Assembly (NCBI RefSeq): GCF_006345805.1
Contig: NC_043000.1
Location: forward strand, 76,136,001 to 76,200,000
DNA: 64,000 bases
Reading direction: 5' to 3'
Source of the DNA: Octopus sinensis
Lineage: Eukaryota
Position 1 is the first letter of the stretch. Every line of letters begins with the position of its first letter. Made by a program: the position numbers and the translations under genes. The notes beneath the pieces are model-generated. The model had not been told where the DNA came from. It did no database searches and was given only the letters and a program-made list of their open reading frames with translations. Positions 62,835-64,000 of the stretch are shown here, piece after piece.

Positions 62835-63320
62835 TTATTATTATTATTATTATTGAGTGAGAGAGCAGTGCATGCCATCTAAGTGACACTGGGGTAAAAT
62901 ATACAAAGCCCAGTATACCCATCATGACTACCCGTCTGATAAGGGTACACCAGGCACATGCATGACAACCATATGTGCGCAACATGGTGATCTCATATCA
63001 AGATAAACAGCACATGACCTTGCAGTTGGGGCCCAGTTAGAATTTTCTTCTGGTTGAGTAGCCCGTCCCGCTCAAAAGGTCCCTGAATAAGGATTGTTTA
63101 AGGATGTTGAACGAACCACCCATGTTTCCAAAGGCGAATTATCCAAACCTCCAAGAATTCCTTTCAACACACAGCTATAATGCTCCCCCACTACTTCTGC
63201 TCATGATCAGAGATGCATATATCGTCAGCCACTAAGGGACATGCTCAACTGGTTAAGGTCAAACAACTGACAAGCAAATCTGTGGGTATTGAGCAGAATA
63301 TTTGCTGTAACCCATCTTTA
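62835..63320 (-). mobile_element. Non-coding element of about 480 bp bounded by (TAA)n tracts; possible R4/Dong-mobilised SINE-like element
   Basis: GC-richer block between two TTA/TAA microsatellites, adjacent to the R4-like 3' end. No convincing ORF. Confidence 0.45.
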
Positions 63321-63329
63321 TCATTATCA

Positions 63330-63335
63330 TTATCA

Positions 63336-63374
<39 letters not shown>

Positions 63375-64000
63375 TATGTTTGACTTTTACTTTACATTTG
63401 CACAAGCTGGCTCCAAGTCTCACCCAGAGATCTCAAGAGACAAGTTGGAAGTTCATGTTGGTGCTATGCCTAGGGTGCTATATATTTGGTTTTGTACTTA
63501 GTGTTGTACTAGTGAATGCCTAAAAAACCATATGAAAATTATGTTTGTTTTAAAACTTGAGATTACAAAGAAAGTATTTTGCGTAGGATATGAGCAGTTC
63601 CCATGAGCACTATCTTTTGAATTTCTGCCATTTTGGAGTTTCCTGGTATCTGAGTTAGGTCGCAATCAGCCCCTTTTGCTATCATTCCCAGGGCACCTAT
63701 GACAACAGGTATTTTGCTGATTTCTATTTCCAGATCTTTATATTTGCTCAGTTTCTGGTAGGTCTTGACAGTCATATCAATGAGGAGGCATGATTTTTGT
63801 CTGAAGTCTTTTACTATGATGTCTGGCCTATTCGTGTCTATCTTTCTGTCAGTTTGAATGGTGAAGTTCCAGAGGAGTGAGATGTGGTCATTTTCAAGCA
63901 CTGGAGGTGGTTTGTGTTCCCACCAGTTTTTATCATGGGGCAAGTCCAGGCTTCTGCAAATTACCCAGTGAAGCTTTTGTGCAGCTCTATCATGCCTGTT
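63330..64000 (-). mobile_element. 3' end of an R4/Dong-like non-LTR retrotransposon (restriction-like endonuclease) with (TAA)n tail
   Basis: RHD...LHW, LLWNF.IQTDR, NRPDII, LIDMTV, K.SKYKDL and IPVVIGALG motifs. The 3' UTR ends in TAA repeats. Confidence 0.87.

Overview
AT-rich, repeat-dense animal genomic DNA. The SINE/RTE repeat landscape suggests a coleoid cephalopod such as Octopus; this is an inference, not a database match. One host gene runs through the window on the minus strand: UFL1 (E3 UFM1-protein ligase 1). Ten GT-AG exons between 62040 and 18683 (1389 nt) splice in phase into a continuous UFL1-like reading frame, and its 5' and 3' exons lie outside the window. Almost everything else is intronic transposon sequence. 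This includes RTE, CR1-group and R4/Dong-like LINEs, tRNA-derived SINEs, three Penelope-like elements, and a full-length Gypsy with integrase before RT (Gmr1-like order). It also includes a second Gypsy relic with a nested solo LTR, Tc1/mariner elements, piggyBac and Merlin relics, Helitrons, a long palindrome and minisatellites. The most notable signals are a Penelope 3' region combining a tRNA-like Pol III promoter with a hammerhead ribozyme core, a SINE and a CR1 LINE sharing a 3' motif plus a structurally conserved hairpin, a PHD-type zinc finger inside an RTE reverse transcriptase, and two LTR insertions with the same ATAC target duplication. I see no CRISPR array, and I cannot establish from sequence alone that any system here is undescribed.
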